64,000 nt of DNA from a virus. Lineage: Duplodnaviria > Caudoviricetes. The notes beneath the pieces are model-generated. The model worked only from the letters and a program-made list of their open reading frames with translations, did no database searches and was not told the DNA's origin. Location of the stretch: positions 64,001-128,000 of IMG/VR virus record IMGVR_UViG_3300028048_000063; one strand, given 5' to 3'. Both the position numbers and the translations under genes were made by a program. Shown piece by piece: positions 18,746 to 28,933 of this stretch (positions are counted from its first letter, which is position 1; each line of letters opens with the position of its first letter).

Positions 18746-21700
18746 TTAAATATCCCCCTCTGTTATTTTAATATATACATCACCACCAATGGCATCTTTA
18801 TCGATACAATAGAAATAAAGATATATATCATCTCCTCCGTTTTGAATATGAGCACTTTGAAGAACTAATCCACTTTGTGCAAACATAACTGGGTTATTAT
18901 TTACCAATTCAAATACATAGTTTTTATTGTCATCAAGATCAAAACTAAAGTCTTTATTTGATTTGCTAAGATATTTTTGTGCTTGATCTTGGAATGGACT
19001 TGTAGCACCTTCGCTAAAGTCAGATGAGCTTAGATATATCCTTAATTTATTTGCTGCTGGTATTTCAGAAGCTGTAATTAATGCCTCTAATTCACCATTA
19101 ATAACCTTACTTAATGCACCAATAGATGCTGGTGTAAATGAAGCAAATGCAAACGTATTTAAGAAGCTCTGTACATCACTAGGTATAGATAGAGTTACAG
19201 CGAAAGGCATTTGCATAATACCTTCGGATGATAAGTAGTCTGTGCTTGTATTCCACTCACCCTCAGGTGATCCTTCTTGCATATAAAGACTCATTTCTTC
19301 TATATCTTCTATCATTGACATAAATATTCCAGCTGTACTAATTTCTATTGGAGCCATACAAATGAGTTCCATTTTTTCATCTCCAAGGTTAGCCCATAAA
19401 TCTTGAATATAATATGTATATTCTTCGCCCATATTAAATGAGAAATGAAGTAATGTCTTTTGATTGAATGGTATTAAACCTACAGCAACGATATCACCAG
19501 CTTGTGGGTTTTCTGGAGGTGTTTCGCCCTCTATAGGTGTATATGTCTTTTCAACCCATTCACCTGAAACATATTGTTTAAGCAAATATGTCATAACACA
19601 GAACCAATACATACCCTCTGTTGGCTCACTTGGTTCACTTTCTTCGGTAACTTGTACAGATAATTGTTCCCAACTTGAACCATTATATATTAAGAAATCA
19701 GGAGCACCTTCAAAAGAAATATAGAATGTATGATCTGGTACAATTTCTGTTGTTGTAATATTTGGATCTGATGTAATATCAAAAGCTATTGAAGATGTAG
19801 AAAGACCGTCACTTAAATATTCTTTACTTTCCTCTATATCTGCTTCTTTGTAATATTGTCCTTCAACAAAAGGAATGGATGCACTCTTAAGGTTATCTGC
19901 CCACCAAGATGTATGGTATAAGGATTGTATTGTATCATCGCTATCTAATTCTTCTGGGTTACCATTATATATACCTGTAGACTTCATCCAACCAGATTGA
20001 ATACCATATCGTAAATAGTCACCTGTTGAATAAAGGTATGCAGATATATCACTTGAGCCGTCGCTAAAAGCCCTCCAACCAAGTATTGCCAACAATTTAT
20101 TATCATCTTCAGGCTTCATGAGCATGATATATAAACTAGAATCTTCATGCCCAGTATATGCTAACATAACCATTGATTCTCTATATTCGTTTTTGAATAA
20201 TTTTGCTTGTGAGCCACCATCAAACATATATGTCAAGCCATAAACATTTGTTGTAGAAACTAATTGCCAATCACTTCCATCATATTGATATAAATTTTGT
20301 GTATCATTTGTATCATACCAGAATTGATCTTGTTGTGGATCGCTTGGTCGACTTCCTGTTTGTGGAGAGAACTCGTTCATAGATCCAGATGTATAATAAT
20401 AGAAATTATAATCATCTCTCTCTGGGTTCGGTGTCTTAGCTACCTTATAATAATTTCCGTCAGAAATAGTTATCATATTTGAACATGTAATCCAACTGTT
20501 TCCGAGATACTTCTTTAAAGTACCATTGTCGTACCAATAATCATAATTTTGTGGATCAGCTGGCTCAGAATCGGTATATGTTAATTCACGTACTTTGTAT
20601 CTTATTTTGTCTGCGTCTTGATCTGGTGAATAATTATCCCAGTCATAATTATCAATGTCGGTTAAACGTGTAGATGCGTCTATACATAACTTGTTTAATT
20701 TTGTTCCTACTTCAAAAGCACTAATTTCTGTTTCTGGTACTTCTTTAAATGGAGCGTTCTCTAACTCAAAATAGTCAGATGTGCCTGAACCGCCGCCAAT
20801 ATCTTGAGCAGAAAAGCTAACTCCAGGCTCTCTTTCACCCTCTTTACCAATTTGTATAGAAAGTAGCTTTTGTGCGCCTTCACCCATAAATATTACTGTA
20901 GAGAACATTACCGTATCATATCCTGGCATAGACATTTTTGTTATTTTTGGTGCATACAAAGGTTGTATAACATCTTGTCCACCTTCTTCTCCAACTTTAA
21001 TATTTACTTTAATAAAAGAAATTTCTGTATTTACTGCTTCTTCAAATTCTTCTGTAGTAATACTTAATTCACCAATAGGTTCAAGCGTCTCACCACTTAT
21101 AACACCGATTGTTTCTATTACAGCAACACCCTCACCTGGTGCACCGCTTCCGTCTATAGCTTTATATTCTTCTCCGTCATAGAAATAGATCTTGCCAGAG
21201 ATATATTGAGATGCGGCTGCAGTTCCAACAATTATTCCATTCCAAGATGGTGGGTTAGTATCTGTTATTGTATTAATAGTTCTTTCACTTGAACTAGAAA
21301 TATTTATAGTATAATCACCATTAGCATCTAAATTATGCCAACCAGCAGTTGCTAAATCTGGCATATCTTCTGACATATAAATAACATCAAAATCACCTAA
21401 TGCTCCAGTATCGCTAAGAACAAATACCCCGTATACACCATTATCTGTAAATCCATATATTAAAGGTGATTCTTCACTAGAACCTGCCATTAACAATCCT
21501 TCCTCATATTGCGTCCAATCAACATTTTGTAAGAATGTTAATAATTGACTTTCTTTGCTTGTATCAAAGTGTATCTTATCTCCATTAGAAAGTGTTTGTC
21601 CTATTGTTAATGCTTCAAGTCCACTACCTTCACCCGTGTGTCTGTAGTAAGTATTAGCGACAGGTGTAAAGCCAACTGCTTCTAAATCTTGATTGATAAT

Positions 21701-22012
21701 TGGTTTGTTATCTAAATCGTTGTAATCATCGACACCAAGCTCTCCTACAACACTGATTACACCGTTTGTAATATCAATATTTGTACCAGCGGTATATGTT
21801 GTATCTGTTGCACTAATAACACCGTTACTAATATCAATATTAGAGCCCGCTGTTAATGTATCTTGTTTTCCTGCTAAGGCTGTAAATACAGCGCCGCCTT
21901 CAACAGGATTGACGCTATTTTCAACTACACTACTATCTATAGCTTCAATTCTTGCGTCTTGAATGTCTTTTAAGACACTATCTTTTTTAATTTTATTTAT
22001 AAAATTACTCAT
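18746..22012 (-). CDS. Large acidic fibre/adhesin-like virion protein (1088 aa)
   Basis: Shares GKQDTLTAG..ISATDTTYTAG and DYNDLDNKPIINQ modules with 14056..17496; repeated WYD..LYQYDGSDW modules. Confidence 0.7.
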   Translation of the reverse strand: MSNFINKIKKDSVLKDIQDARIEAIDSSVVENSVNPVEGGAVFTALAGKQDTLTAGSNIDISNGVISATDTTYTAGTNIDITNGVISVVGELGVDDYNDLDNKPIINQDLEAVGFTPVANTYYRHTGEGSGLEALTIGQTLSNGDKIHFDTSKESQLLTFLQNVDWTQYEEGLLMAGSSEESPLIYGFTDNGVYGVFVLSDTGALGDFDVIYMSEDMPDLATAGWHNLDANGDYTINISSSSERTINTITDTNPPSWNGIIVGTAAASQYISGKIYFYDGEEYKAIDGSGAPGEGVAVIETIGVISGETLEPIGELSITTEEFEEAVNTEISFIKVNIKVGEEGGQDVIQPLYAPKITKMSMPGYDTVMFSTVIFMGEGAQKLLSIQIGKEGEREPGVSFSAQDIGGGSGTSDYFELENAPFKEVPETEISAFEVGTKLNKLCIDASTRLTDIDNYDWDNYSPDQDADKIRYKVRELTYTDSEPADPQNYDYWYDNGTLKKYLGNSWITCSNMITISDGNYYKVAKTPNPERDDYNFYYYTSGSMNEFSPQTGSRPSDPQQDQFWYDTNDTQNLYQYDGSDWQLVSTTNVYGLTYMFDGGSQAKLFKNEYRESMVMLAYTGHEDSSLYIMLMKPEDDNKLLAILGWRAFSDGSSDISAYLYSTGDYLRYGIQSGWMKSTGIYNGNPEELDSDDTIQSLYHTSWWADNLKSASIPFVEGQYYKEADIEESKEYLSDGLSTSSIAFDITSDPNITTTEIVPDHTFYISFEGAPDFLIYNGSSWEQLSVQVTEESEPSEPTEGMYWFCVMTYLLKQYVSGEWVEKTYTPIEGETPPENPQAGDIVAVGLIPFNQKTLLHFSFNMGEEYTYYIQDLWANLGDEKMELICMAPIEISTAGIFMSMIEDIEEMSLYMQEGSPEGEWNTSTDYLSSEGIMQMPFAVTLSIPSDVQSFLNTFAFASFTPASIGALSKVINGELEALITASEIPAANKLRIYLSSSDFSEGATSPFQDQAQKYLSKSNKDFSFDLDDNKNYVFELVNNNPVMFAQSGLVLQSAHIQNGGDDIYLYFYCIDKDAIGGDVYIKITEGDI

Positions 22013-22040
22013 GTTGTTTTCCTTCCTCCTTTAAATATTT

Positions 22041-22628
22041 TTAAATAAATTCTACTACTTCACCATTAAATTCACCACCGTGGACTAACACTAATGTTGT
22101 ACCATCAAAGTAATCATCTTCTGGATCTTTAGAAAGAACAAGTGTTTCACCATCAAAGTGTTGTGGATTATCAATAATATAAAGATAGCCTTGATATTTA
22201 TTAGCAGGCTCTTCTTTTAAAGTTACAATCTTAATAATTCCACTATCGTTATCACTAACTGGTGCTACATTGAGTCCTTCGACTCTTGTTTGGATTCCCG
22301 CATAAATTGCTTTATTTTGTACAGGGTTTTCTGATGTTGGACTTAATTCAGGATCGATACTATCCGTCATTTGTAACCATTGATCTGTACCCTCATATGT
22401 GGTCCATACATATTCTGCACCACTTGGTACAGTACCACTACTACCTTGGTACTTAACGGTATACATATCACCTAATTCTGCGTCGTTAGGTAATTCGTTG
22501 TAGTAATCTACAACACCCTTATAAGAAACGCCCCTTGGTAACGCATCTATACGAGCATTTGCTAAATTTGCGGCAGCAAGGCCGCTCCCGGCCAAACCTC
22601 TGGCAATAATATCTACTCCACTAGCCAT
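22041..22628 (-). CDS. Fibre-associated protein
   Basis: YKG.V..YNELP..AELGDMY and LSPTSENPVQNKAI motifs of phage fibre N-termini. Confidence 0.6.
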   Translation of the reverse strand: MASGVDIIARGLAGSGLAAANLANARIDALPRGVSYKGVVDYYNELPNDAELGDMYTVKYQGSSGTVPSGAEYVWTTYEGTDQWLQMTDSIDPELSPTSENPVQNKAIYAGIQTRVEGLNVAPVSDNDSGIIKIVTLKEEPANKYQGYLYIIDNPQHFDGETLVLSKDPEDDYFDGTTLVLVHGGEFNGEVVEFI

Positions 22629-22629
22629 A

Positions 22630-23007
22630 TTACGCCTCCGCTACACCTGTAATTACTGCCTCTCCTTCTATTGAGCTAACAACAACTCTTACTCTTGCAT
22701 TTCCATTAATACCAATAGCATAAATACCATTTGAAGTGATCTCAGATAATACTTGGAATCCACTCATGTTAATAATTGCTAATGGTGTCCATGAACATTC
22801 TTCGTCTGTCATTGTTTCGCCATTTGGTTTAATGATATTTACACATCCTTCTACACTAAGCGCAATGCTTGTAGCTCCGCTAACTTCAAGTGTTAATGTG
22901 CTAAAACCATTATTTCGGAAAGGTTCACTTGTCCCCGCTGCTGATACTGGTGTTTTCACAGAATCAAAGAAAGGGAAAATTTGTTTGTCTGTTCTGATAC
23001 TTGGCAT
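22630..23007 (-). CDS. Small beta-rich virion protein
   Basis: ORF heading the fibre operon; AGGAGG SD. Confidence 0.55.
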   Translation of the reverse strand: MPSIRTDKQIFPFFDSVKTPVSAAGTSEPFRNNGFSTLTLEVSGATSIALSVEGCVNIIKPNGETMTDEECSWTPLAIINMSGFQVLSEITSNGIYAIGINGNARVRVVVSSIEGEAVITGVAEA

Positions 23008-23012
23008 TTTTC

Positions 23013-23090
23013 ATTCCTCCTTGTTAAAAATTAAAAAATAAACATAATAATAACAAGGAAGTTAGAACAAAACCCCAAGTTATTATTGCC
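23013..23090 (-). promoter_or_regulatory. Structured leader whose stem covers the SD of 22630..23007
   Basis: Stem TCCTTGTTA/TAACAAGGA with a TTATGTTTATT loop and upstream ATAACTTGG; all three are shared with the 17525 element. Confidence 0.5.
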
Positions 23091-23215
23091 AGGGGACGAA
23101 GCATGTAAAACAAACACACTCACGCCCCGTCCCGTTATTTTTGTCTAATTAAATTTTATTTTTTTGTTTACCAAATAAAAGCTTCATTTTATTCGATATC
23201 GAACAGTGTGTTCGA

Positions 23216-23791
23216 TTATTTTTTGAAATCAGAGATATTTCTTCTCTTAAATTTTTCTGATACGTAATCATATTCTACTAAGCCATTAAAGATAACTTTT
23301 CCAGGAATTTTATATTTAATAAGATAATCTTTATTATAGTCATCTATAGCTTCCTGCATAGTATTAAACCCAGGATAAATTTTAGTATAATCATTAACAT
23401 ACCATTTTCCATCTAAACAGAAAATTAAAATACAATGTCCATCTGTAATTTTAGATGGTGTTACTGTTAAAAGATAACATTCAATACCGCTGTTGTATAA
23501 ACAATGATAAACTAGCGAATGAAAACCATCACAGTCATCTTTTAATGGTTGCTCTAAATAAGTCGCGTAATTTTGTGGTGGAGGCACGATTGCATCTCCT
23601 AATTGATCAATACCATCAGCTGTCCATATAAAGCTGTTATATAATCTTACAACTAAACTCTTTACTTCTTGTAATGTGCCGGCTTTATCTATTGACTGTG
23701 TACCTATATTAGATTTAATACATTTTTTAAATCTATAATTACTCCACCAACACCACCAACTAATTATTAAATTTCCAAAAAATTCTATCAT
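23216..23791 (-). CDS. Transglutaminase-like/cysteine-protease-fold protein
   Basis: DDCDGF ... GHC ... WYVND catalytic triad pattern. Confidence 0.6.
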   Translation of the reverse strand: MIEFFGNLIISWWCWWSNYRFKKCIKSNIGTQSIDKAGTLQEVKSLVVRLYNSFIWTADGIDQLGDAIVPPPQNYATYLEQPLKDDCDGFHSLVYHCLYNSGIECYLLTVTPSKITDGHCILIFCLDGKWYVNDYTKIYPGFNTMQEAIDDYNKDYLIKYKIPGKVIFNGLVEYDYVSEKFKRRNISDFKK

Positions 23792-23792
23792 A

Positions 23793-24248
23793 TTATTTCT
23801 CCTGTAATCTGTAAGTGATATCTTTTACTTCTTTGTTTGTTATTTTTAATAATCTTTGATTTGTTGTTGGTTTATTTAATGGTCCTTTATCTTCTTGATA
23901 TGATCCATATTTATAATAATCGAGATATCTTAATAAACGATCATCTATTTCGTCATCACCACTATACATAGCAACTTTAAGATCAAAAGCAGTATGAATA
24001 TAATTTGTTAAATAAACAATATCATTATGGCTTGAATCCCCACCCATGAATAACACACAAGTAATGTCTGGGTGTTTTTTTATTAAATTCCACATTTCTT
24101 CAAACGTCAATTCTGTACCAATATCTTCTCTTAAATATGCAGAGTGACAATTTTCGCATCTATGTGGACAATTAGTTATATTGATAGCTAAAGAGATCTC
24201 ATCTGGGATCTCTTGAAAAACTATCGCTGTATCATAATATTTAAGCAT
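23793..24248 (-). CDS. nrdG: Anaerobic ribonucleotide reductase activating enzyme
   Basis: CPHRCENCHS, MGGD, KYGSY, TTNQRL; adjacent to nrdD. Confidence 0.92.
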   Translation of the reverse strand: MLKYYDTAIVFQEIPDEISLAINITNCPHRCENCHSAYLREDIGTELTFEEMWNLIKKHPDITCVLFMGGDSSHNDIVYLTNYIHTAFDLKVAMYSGDDEIDDRLLRYLDYYKYGSYQEDKGPLNKPTTNQRLLKITNKEVKDITYRLQEK

Positions 24249-26163
24249 CGCAATTTTCTCCTGTAGCGTAATACCTTTTGCTTGCCTCTATTTGTCTAAC
24301 CTCACTGAAGTTAGAAATTCTCTTTAAATAACCAATAATCCTTGTTGCGTAATCTAAATTTTTAGAGCCACAAACTGGGCACTCCTTCAACATACGCTTA
24401 TCAATATGACCACAATCATTACAAATTGTATTAGGAATATTAAAGGTAAAATATGAACATCCAGATTTAATAGCAATATCCATGAGCTTTCTATATTGCT
24501 CTTTTGATAAATGTTCAGAAAGGTTACAATGGTAAGCTGATCCACCGTCTAAATTTCCTATGAAATCTTTACCTTGCAAATACATTTTTGTAATAGGATC
24601 GTATGTCTCGTCTTCAACTGGATAAAAATAAGAATTATACAAGTTTCTACCTTCTGGTACCCAATATCCTGCTTTTTTATCCCAATTGTATAACTTTGCA
24701 CCTGCATTTTCACCTGGAACCTGCTCCGTATTCAGACGAATGTGTTCAGTACGATGTTCGGCATTTCTTTCTTTAATTGTATTCAAAATGTCTTTTGTAT
24801 ATTGTTTATATCCTTCATTATCTGGTTTAATTTCTATACCCTTATATTCTTTTGGTATATACTCGTCGACAGTTTTTAAGAATTCGGCGCCCTCGACCAG
24901 ACCTGAGAACCCACATGTTAAATACTGTTTGTCTAAATCAATAAATCCAGCTGTATATACTGTTAATAATCCAGCATTATACATATCCCAAAGATGGTCA
25001 TTCCATGCTTCGAGGTATTTATGTACTCGATCTACAATTATAGTGATATATTCAGAAAGAGACTTTCTATTCCTCTTATACTTCACATTAACCTCCTCAT
25101 TGAACCAATTTTGAACAATTCTGTTAATGTTAAGTGTAATAACTTTTTTGGATCCAGTCTCTACTCCACCAGCACCTAACGTGTATGAGAAAACGTTTTC
25201 TTCAATAGCATTTTTTAATCTGCAACAACTTGAAAGAGCGTCTGCAGAATCGCTGTTATATAAGAAGAAGCTGTGTCCCTCACTCCACATCTCAGCAGTG
25301 AAATCAGCCATTTCTTCATCGACATATTTATGAGTATCTTTATCCCACAATAAATTCATTGTTTCAACTGGGAAAGTAATAACTTCTTTAGTTCTTTCTT
25401 TATTGAACCATTTCATAAACATCTTTTGAAGTTCTTTTGTTGTTTCCCAACAAGGCTCATCTCCATCTGGGAATATAAAATCCTTAAAGATAGAATTAAA
25501 ATATCCTTTATCAAAATATGCAATGTTTGTAAAAGGAGATTGATATCCTCTAGCTGCTGCTGGTTGGTTTACACAATATACAAATTCTTGAAACAAATCT
25601 TCTACGATATGTCTAACTGTAACTTGATTATTACCAATATTCCAAACTGGCTCATCTAAATGATCCATATAATCTGCGCCATAGTCATTTCTAAGGAAAT
25701 GATCTAAATATGGTAAAAACTCAGGAACAGCGACTGCACCTGCAAATTGACCTGCGATCAAGAAAATTAAATTACATAATCCTCCAATAAAGCTGCTTGC
25801 GTGCTTTGGTGGTCCTGACGTTCCACCTAATCTCTTTAATCCATCAAGTAAGAATGGATATAGAGATATAGCTACACAGTAAGGCATTATACTGGTTTCG
25901 TCATGACTATAAATGATATGATTTTTAAGATCGTCATCGAATTGATCACACAATTCTTGACCATATTTTTCTAATAAATATTTTTTTGTAATAGCCCTAT
26001 TTATATCAATAAAATCAGGCTTTGATAATTCAGTAGACATTGTTGCTATATTTTTACTTACAACATTAGCATTAGCATCTACTTGACTACCTGTTGCTGC
26101 ATTGCTTGCCTTTTTATAGTTATCTATAAACTTTAACTTTTTTTCTAATACTCTAGAATCCAT
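24241..26163 (-). CDS. nrdD: Class III anaerobic ribonucleoside-triphosphate reductase (no ATP cone)
   Basis: TFPV, SSCCRL, CNDC..CPVC zinc site, TRIIGYL glycyl-radical loop. Confidence 0.95.
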   Translation of the reverse strand: MDSRVLEKKLKFIDNYKKASNAATGSQVDANANVVSKNIATMSTELSKPDFIDINRAITKKYLLEKYGQELCDQFDDDLKNHIIYSHDETSIMPYCVAISLYPFLLDGLKRLGGTSGPPKHASSFIGGLCNLIFLIAGQFAGAVAVPEFLPYLDHFLRNDYGADYMDHLDEPVWNIGNNQVTVRHIVEDLFQEFVYCVNQPAAARGYQSPFTNIAYFDKGYFNSIFKDFIFPDGDEPCWETTKELQKMFMKWFNKERTKEVITFPVETMNLLWDKDTHKYVDEEMADFTAEMWSEGHSFFLYNSDSADALSSCCRLKNAIEENVFSYTLGAGGVETGSKKVITLNINRIVQNWFNEEVNVKYKRNRKSLSEYITIIVDRVHKYLEAWNDHLWDMYNAGLLTVYTAGFIDLDKQYLTCGFSGLVEGAEFLKTVDEYIPKEYKGIEIKPDNEGYKQYTKDILNTIKERNAEHRTEHIRLNTEQVPGENAGAKLYNWDKKAGYWVPEGRNLYNSYFYPVEDETYDPITKMYLQGKDFIGNLDGGSAYHCNLSEHLSKEQYRKLMDIAIKSGCSYFTFNIPNTICNDCGHIDKRMLKECPVCGSKNLDYATRIIGYLKRISNFSEVRQIEASKRYYATGENCDA

Positions 26164-26165
26164 AA

Positions 26166-26399
26166 TTACTCTCCTTGCTTAATAGGTGGTTTGAATTGAT
26201 TGATCCAATCCATCATAGGCTTACCTTGTAATATTTGTCCATCAACCTCGATAGCAGGTGTATGAGAAATTCCTTTCTCCTTCATCTCTTCAACACTTAA
26301 GCAAGAATTGTATTCTACTTTATATTTGTCAAGCAACATTCCAACCATTCTACATTGAGGACATGTTGCTGTATGATAAAATGTAATCTTATCTTCCAT
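26166..26399 (-). CDS. Glutaredoxin/NrdH-like redoxin
   Basis: CPQC motif and HTP cis-Pro; 77 aa; directly upstream of nrdD. Confidence 0.8.
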   Translation of the reverse strand: MEDKITFYHTATCPQCRMVGMLLDKYKVEYNSCLSVEEMKEKGISHTPAIEVDGQILQGKPMMDWINQFKPPIKQGE

Positions 26400-26415
26400 A
26401 ATCTATATCTCCTTA

Positions 26416-27135
26416 TTATTTCTCTAATACTAATACATTACAGAACCCAGATTTATAGACACAACCATCTAAGCCAACAATTTTTTCTCCTATATATGTA
26501 GAATTATCGTTATTATCCGCAGGGGCGCCATCTAAGGCCGTGCGAAAGTCAGATGTCTTCCAATGACCACAGACAATTATCTTGTCTTCTGGTACTGTGC
26601 AGACCTGGATCATCTTCCATGGACATGCTAAAGTAGCACTCATCCATGCATAAAAAGACGCATCTCTCCAATTTTCGCGGCAATAAAACCCCTCATATGG
26701 AATCCAAGAATGAACAAATAATAAGTTGTCGCATTCCCAATAATTAACCCACTCGTCACTAAATATCCATTGCACTACTCCTGTATTAATAAAAGGTTGT
26801 ACTAATGAATTAAACTTTAGTCCTGGATAAAAATTTTTTACAAATTGTTCTATAGTATTCGCTGTGCCGTTATTTATATCGGCAGATAATAAATATCCTC
26901 TTTCTGTAATTGCTTTTAAAAAGAACTCGTGATTACCACGAATTAATACACGTCTATTTTTAGGTATAGAACGTAGAAACCTATATACTTTTACACACTC
27001 AGATCCACGGTCAAATATATCGCCAAGAACAACTAAAATACTATTCTCGTCTGTCTTACGATACCCTGCTTTACGCAGGGCAGAGCGCATTTCTTTATAA
27101 TGACCATGAATGTCAGAAATTATAAAATATCTCAT
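26416..27135 (-). CDS. Calcineurin-like metallophosphoesterase (Ser/Thr phosphatase type)
   Basis: SDIHG, GDIFDRG, RGNHE, CGH, LDG motifs. Confidence 0.9.
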   Translation of the reverse strand: MRYFIISDIHGHYKEMRSALRKAGYRKTDENSILVVLGDIFDRGSECVKVYRFLRSIPKNRRVLIRGNHEFFLKAITERGYLLSADINNGTANTIEQFVKNFYPGLKFNSLVQPFINTGVVQWIFSDEWVNYWECDNLLFVHSWIPYEGFYCRENWRDASFYAWMSATLACPWKMIQVCTVPEDKIIVCGHWKTSDFRTALDGAPADNNDNSTYIGEKIVGLDGCVYKSGFCNVLVLEK

Positions 27136-27899
27136 TGTTCTTCATCGTCTGGTTTAATATCTGTGATATGATTTAATTTTTTATCAAGATCTTCACCTAT
27201 CTTACTATATTTAGCTTCGTCTTGTGCCAATCCTTCTTCGACTTCTTTTGCGGCTAATTCACCTAAAGTTTGTTGAAGTTCATCACCGCCATTGTTCATA
27301 ACATCAACCGCAAGTAGCCCTTTGATCATATCTGGAGTAAATTGATTTTTAACATCTTTAAGTGTTTCGATCCACTTATTATACTCTGCATCATTAAGAA
27401 TAGATGCTGTTTGAATTAAACGATATGCATTAGAAACATTGATCATATTGTCAATATAAGAGCAGAAACGTTGATAGTCTTTTGAACAGACATTTAAAAT
27501 GGTGTCTGCAAGTCCGTATATGTAACAATAGTCATAAGCAACAAAAGTTTGATCTAAAATACCTATATCATTATCAATATTGATAACATATGATAATAAT
27601 CCTTTGAACATCTTATCAATTTCTAACACACTTGCTGCACCACTTGAGTCTAATTCGTCAATTAAATCTTTAGCTATAGTAATTGCAATAGTTGTCTTTT
27701 CTTGTAATGGTAAAAAATCTCGAATTTGCAATTGACTTAAAAATGCTTTAATAGCTAAATCATTTTCTTCTGTCGGATCATCTTCAAAAGTAAGACATAA
27801 AGTAAGATATTGATTTAAAGATAAAAGATCTTCCTCCTGTTCGCTTTTTTCTGTTACTTCAATATTTTGTTCTTCTGTATTTTTAATTTCTTCTTCCAT
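27132..27899 (-). CDS. Hypothetical acidic protein (possible tail chaperone)
   Basis: 255-aa ORF in operon. Confidence 0.6.
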   Translation of the reverse strand: MEEEIKNTEEQNIEVTEKSEQEEDLLSLNQYLTLCLTFEDDPTEENDLAIKAFLSQLQIRDFLPLQEKTTIAITIAKDLIDELDSSGAASVLEIDKMFKGLLSYVINIDNDIGILDQTFVAYDYCYIYGLADTILNVCSKDYQRFCSYIDNMINVSNAYRLIQTASILNDAEYNKWIETLKDVKNQFTPDMIKGLLAVDVMNNGGDELQQTLGELAAKEVEEGLAQDEAKYSKIGEDLDKKLNHITDIKPDDEEQ

Positions 27900-27901
27900 T
27901 T

Positions 27902-28912
27902 TTATTCTCCTTTTACCTCAGTATTTTTTATAAAATTTGTAAAAAATTCACCCAAAATTTCTTCTGCTGGAATATCTGAATAAATCTTGATCATGTCAGA
28001 ATTCGCCCATCCGAATATTTGAGTAATAACATCGTCTGGTAATTTCATACGTTTTAAATACGTACAGAAAAAATGACGACTAGAGTGAGCATAGTAATCA
28101 ATGCCAAATATTTTTGAAATTTTAGCTGCAAAACTATTTGCTGTTGATACTGTAGCTGGGACGTATTCACCATCTTTTTTTGTTACAAACAATGAATCCA
28201 TCACTATTCCTTTTTCTTCTCTTTCTTTTAACCAAAGGTTTAAGAAAGGCTGAAACAATTCTTTGATTACATATTTCTTAATAATCTTCCCTCGTTTCCC
28301 TTGTCCTTTTGATCTTATTTCTGGGGTACAATACATATACCCATCAAATACTTCTCTTTCTGGAGTAAAGAAATTTACCTTCATTTGCAACAACTCAGCT
28401 TTTCTACTACCAGAAGCGCATGCTAAAGCCAAATAACATGCAATTTGATATTCTTTTTCTTCAACAAGTTTTTCCAAAATTTCTGTCATTTGTTGGTTAG
28501 AAATTACAGTCTTTTCTCTAACTGTTGCAATCTTTACAGGCTCAAGCGCACGTAATTGATTATGAAACTGTGGATATACATCTTCATATAATAACTCTAT
28601 CTCCGAAGATAAACTACTTAGCACAGATTTCAACGAAGCAATACGATTGGCACTCATACCTAAATCTCTACACCAACCAAAATAATAAACAAAGTCACGA
28701 CGTTTTAGATCAACAAAAAACTTGTCGTCATTTTCATCGTAATTCCAACAAAAAAATACTTTTAACCATTCTTCATATTGATGAATTGTTTGAGGACTCT
28801 TATCGTTAGATTTACAGTATTTTATAAAATCATTGACTAATTGCTTATTTTCTTTAGAAACTTCATCCCAACTTGATGTAATATTATCGTTATATACTGT
28901 CGATCTTCCCAT
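27902..28912 (-). CDS. Tyrosine recombinase/integrase family protein
   Basis: SAM-like N-terminus, GSRKAEL (R), HSSRH (HxxR), FGW, catalytic Tyr in IKIY. Confidence 0.9.
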   Translation of the reverse strand: MGRSTVYNDNITSSWDEVSKENKQLVNDFIKYCKSNDKSPQTIHQYEEWLKVFFCWNYDENDDKFFVDLKRRDFVYYFGWCRDLGMSANRIASLKSVLSSLSSEIELLYEDVYPQFHNQLRALEPVKIATVREKTVISNQQMTEILEKLVEEKEYQIACYLALACASGSRKAELLQMKVNFFTPEREVFDGYMYCTPEIRSKGQGKRGKIIKKYVIKELFQPFLNLWLKEREEKGIVMDSLFVTKKDGEYVPATVSTANSFAAKISKIFGIDYYAHSSRHFFCTYLKRMKLPDDVITQIFGWANSDMIKIYSDIPAEEILGEFFTNFIKNTEVKGE

Positions 28913-28933
28913 TACATCCTCCTATAATCCTTT

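Noticed and set aside
8595-22628. Diversity-generating retroelement or invertible tail-fibre cassette
   Set aside because: No reverse transcriptase, no adenine-specific TR/VR pair noticed, all fibre genes co-oriented; shared segments differ at synonymous sites
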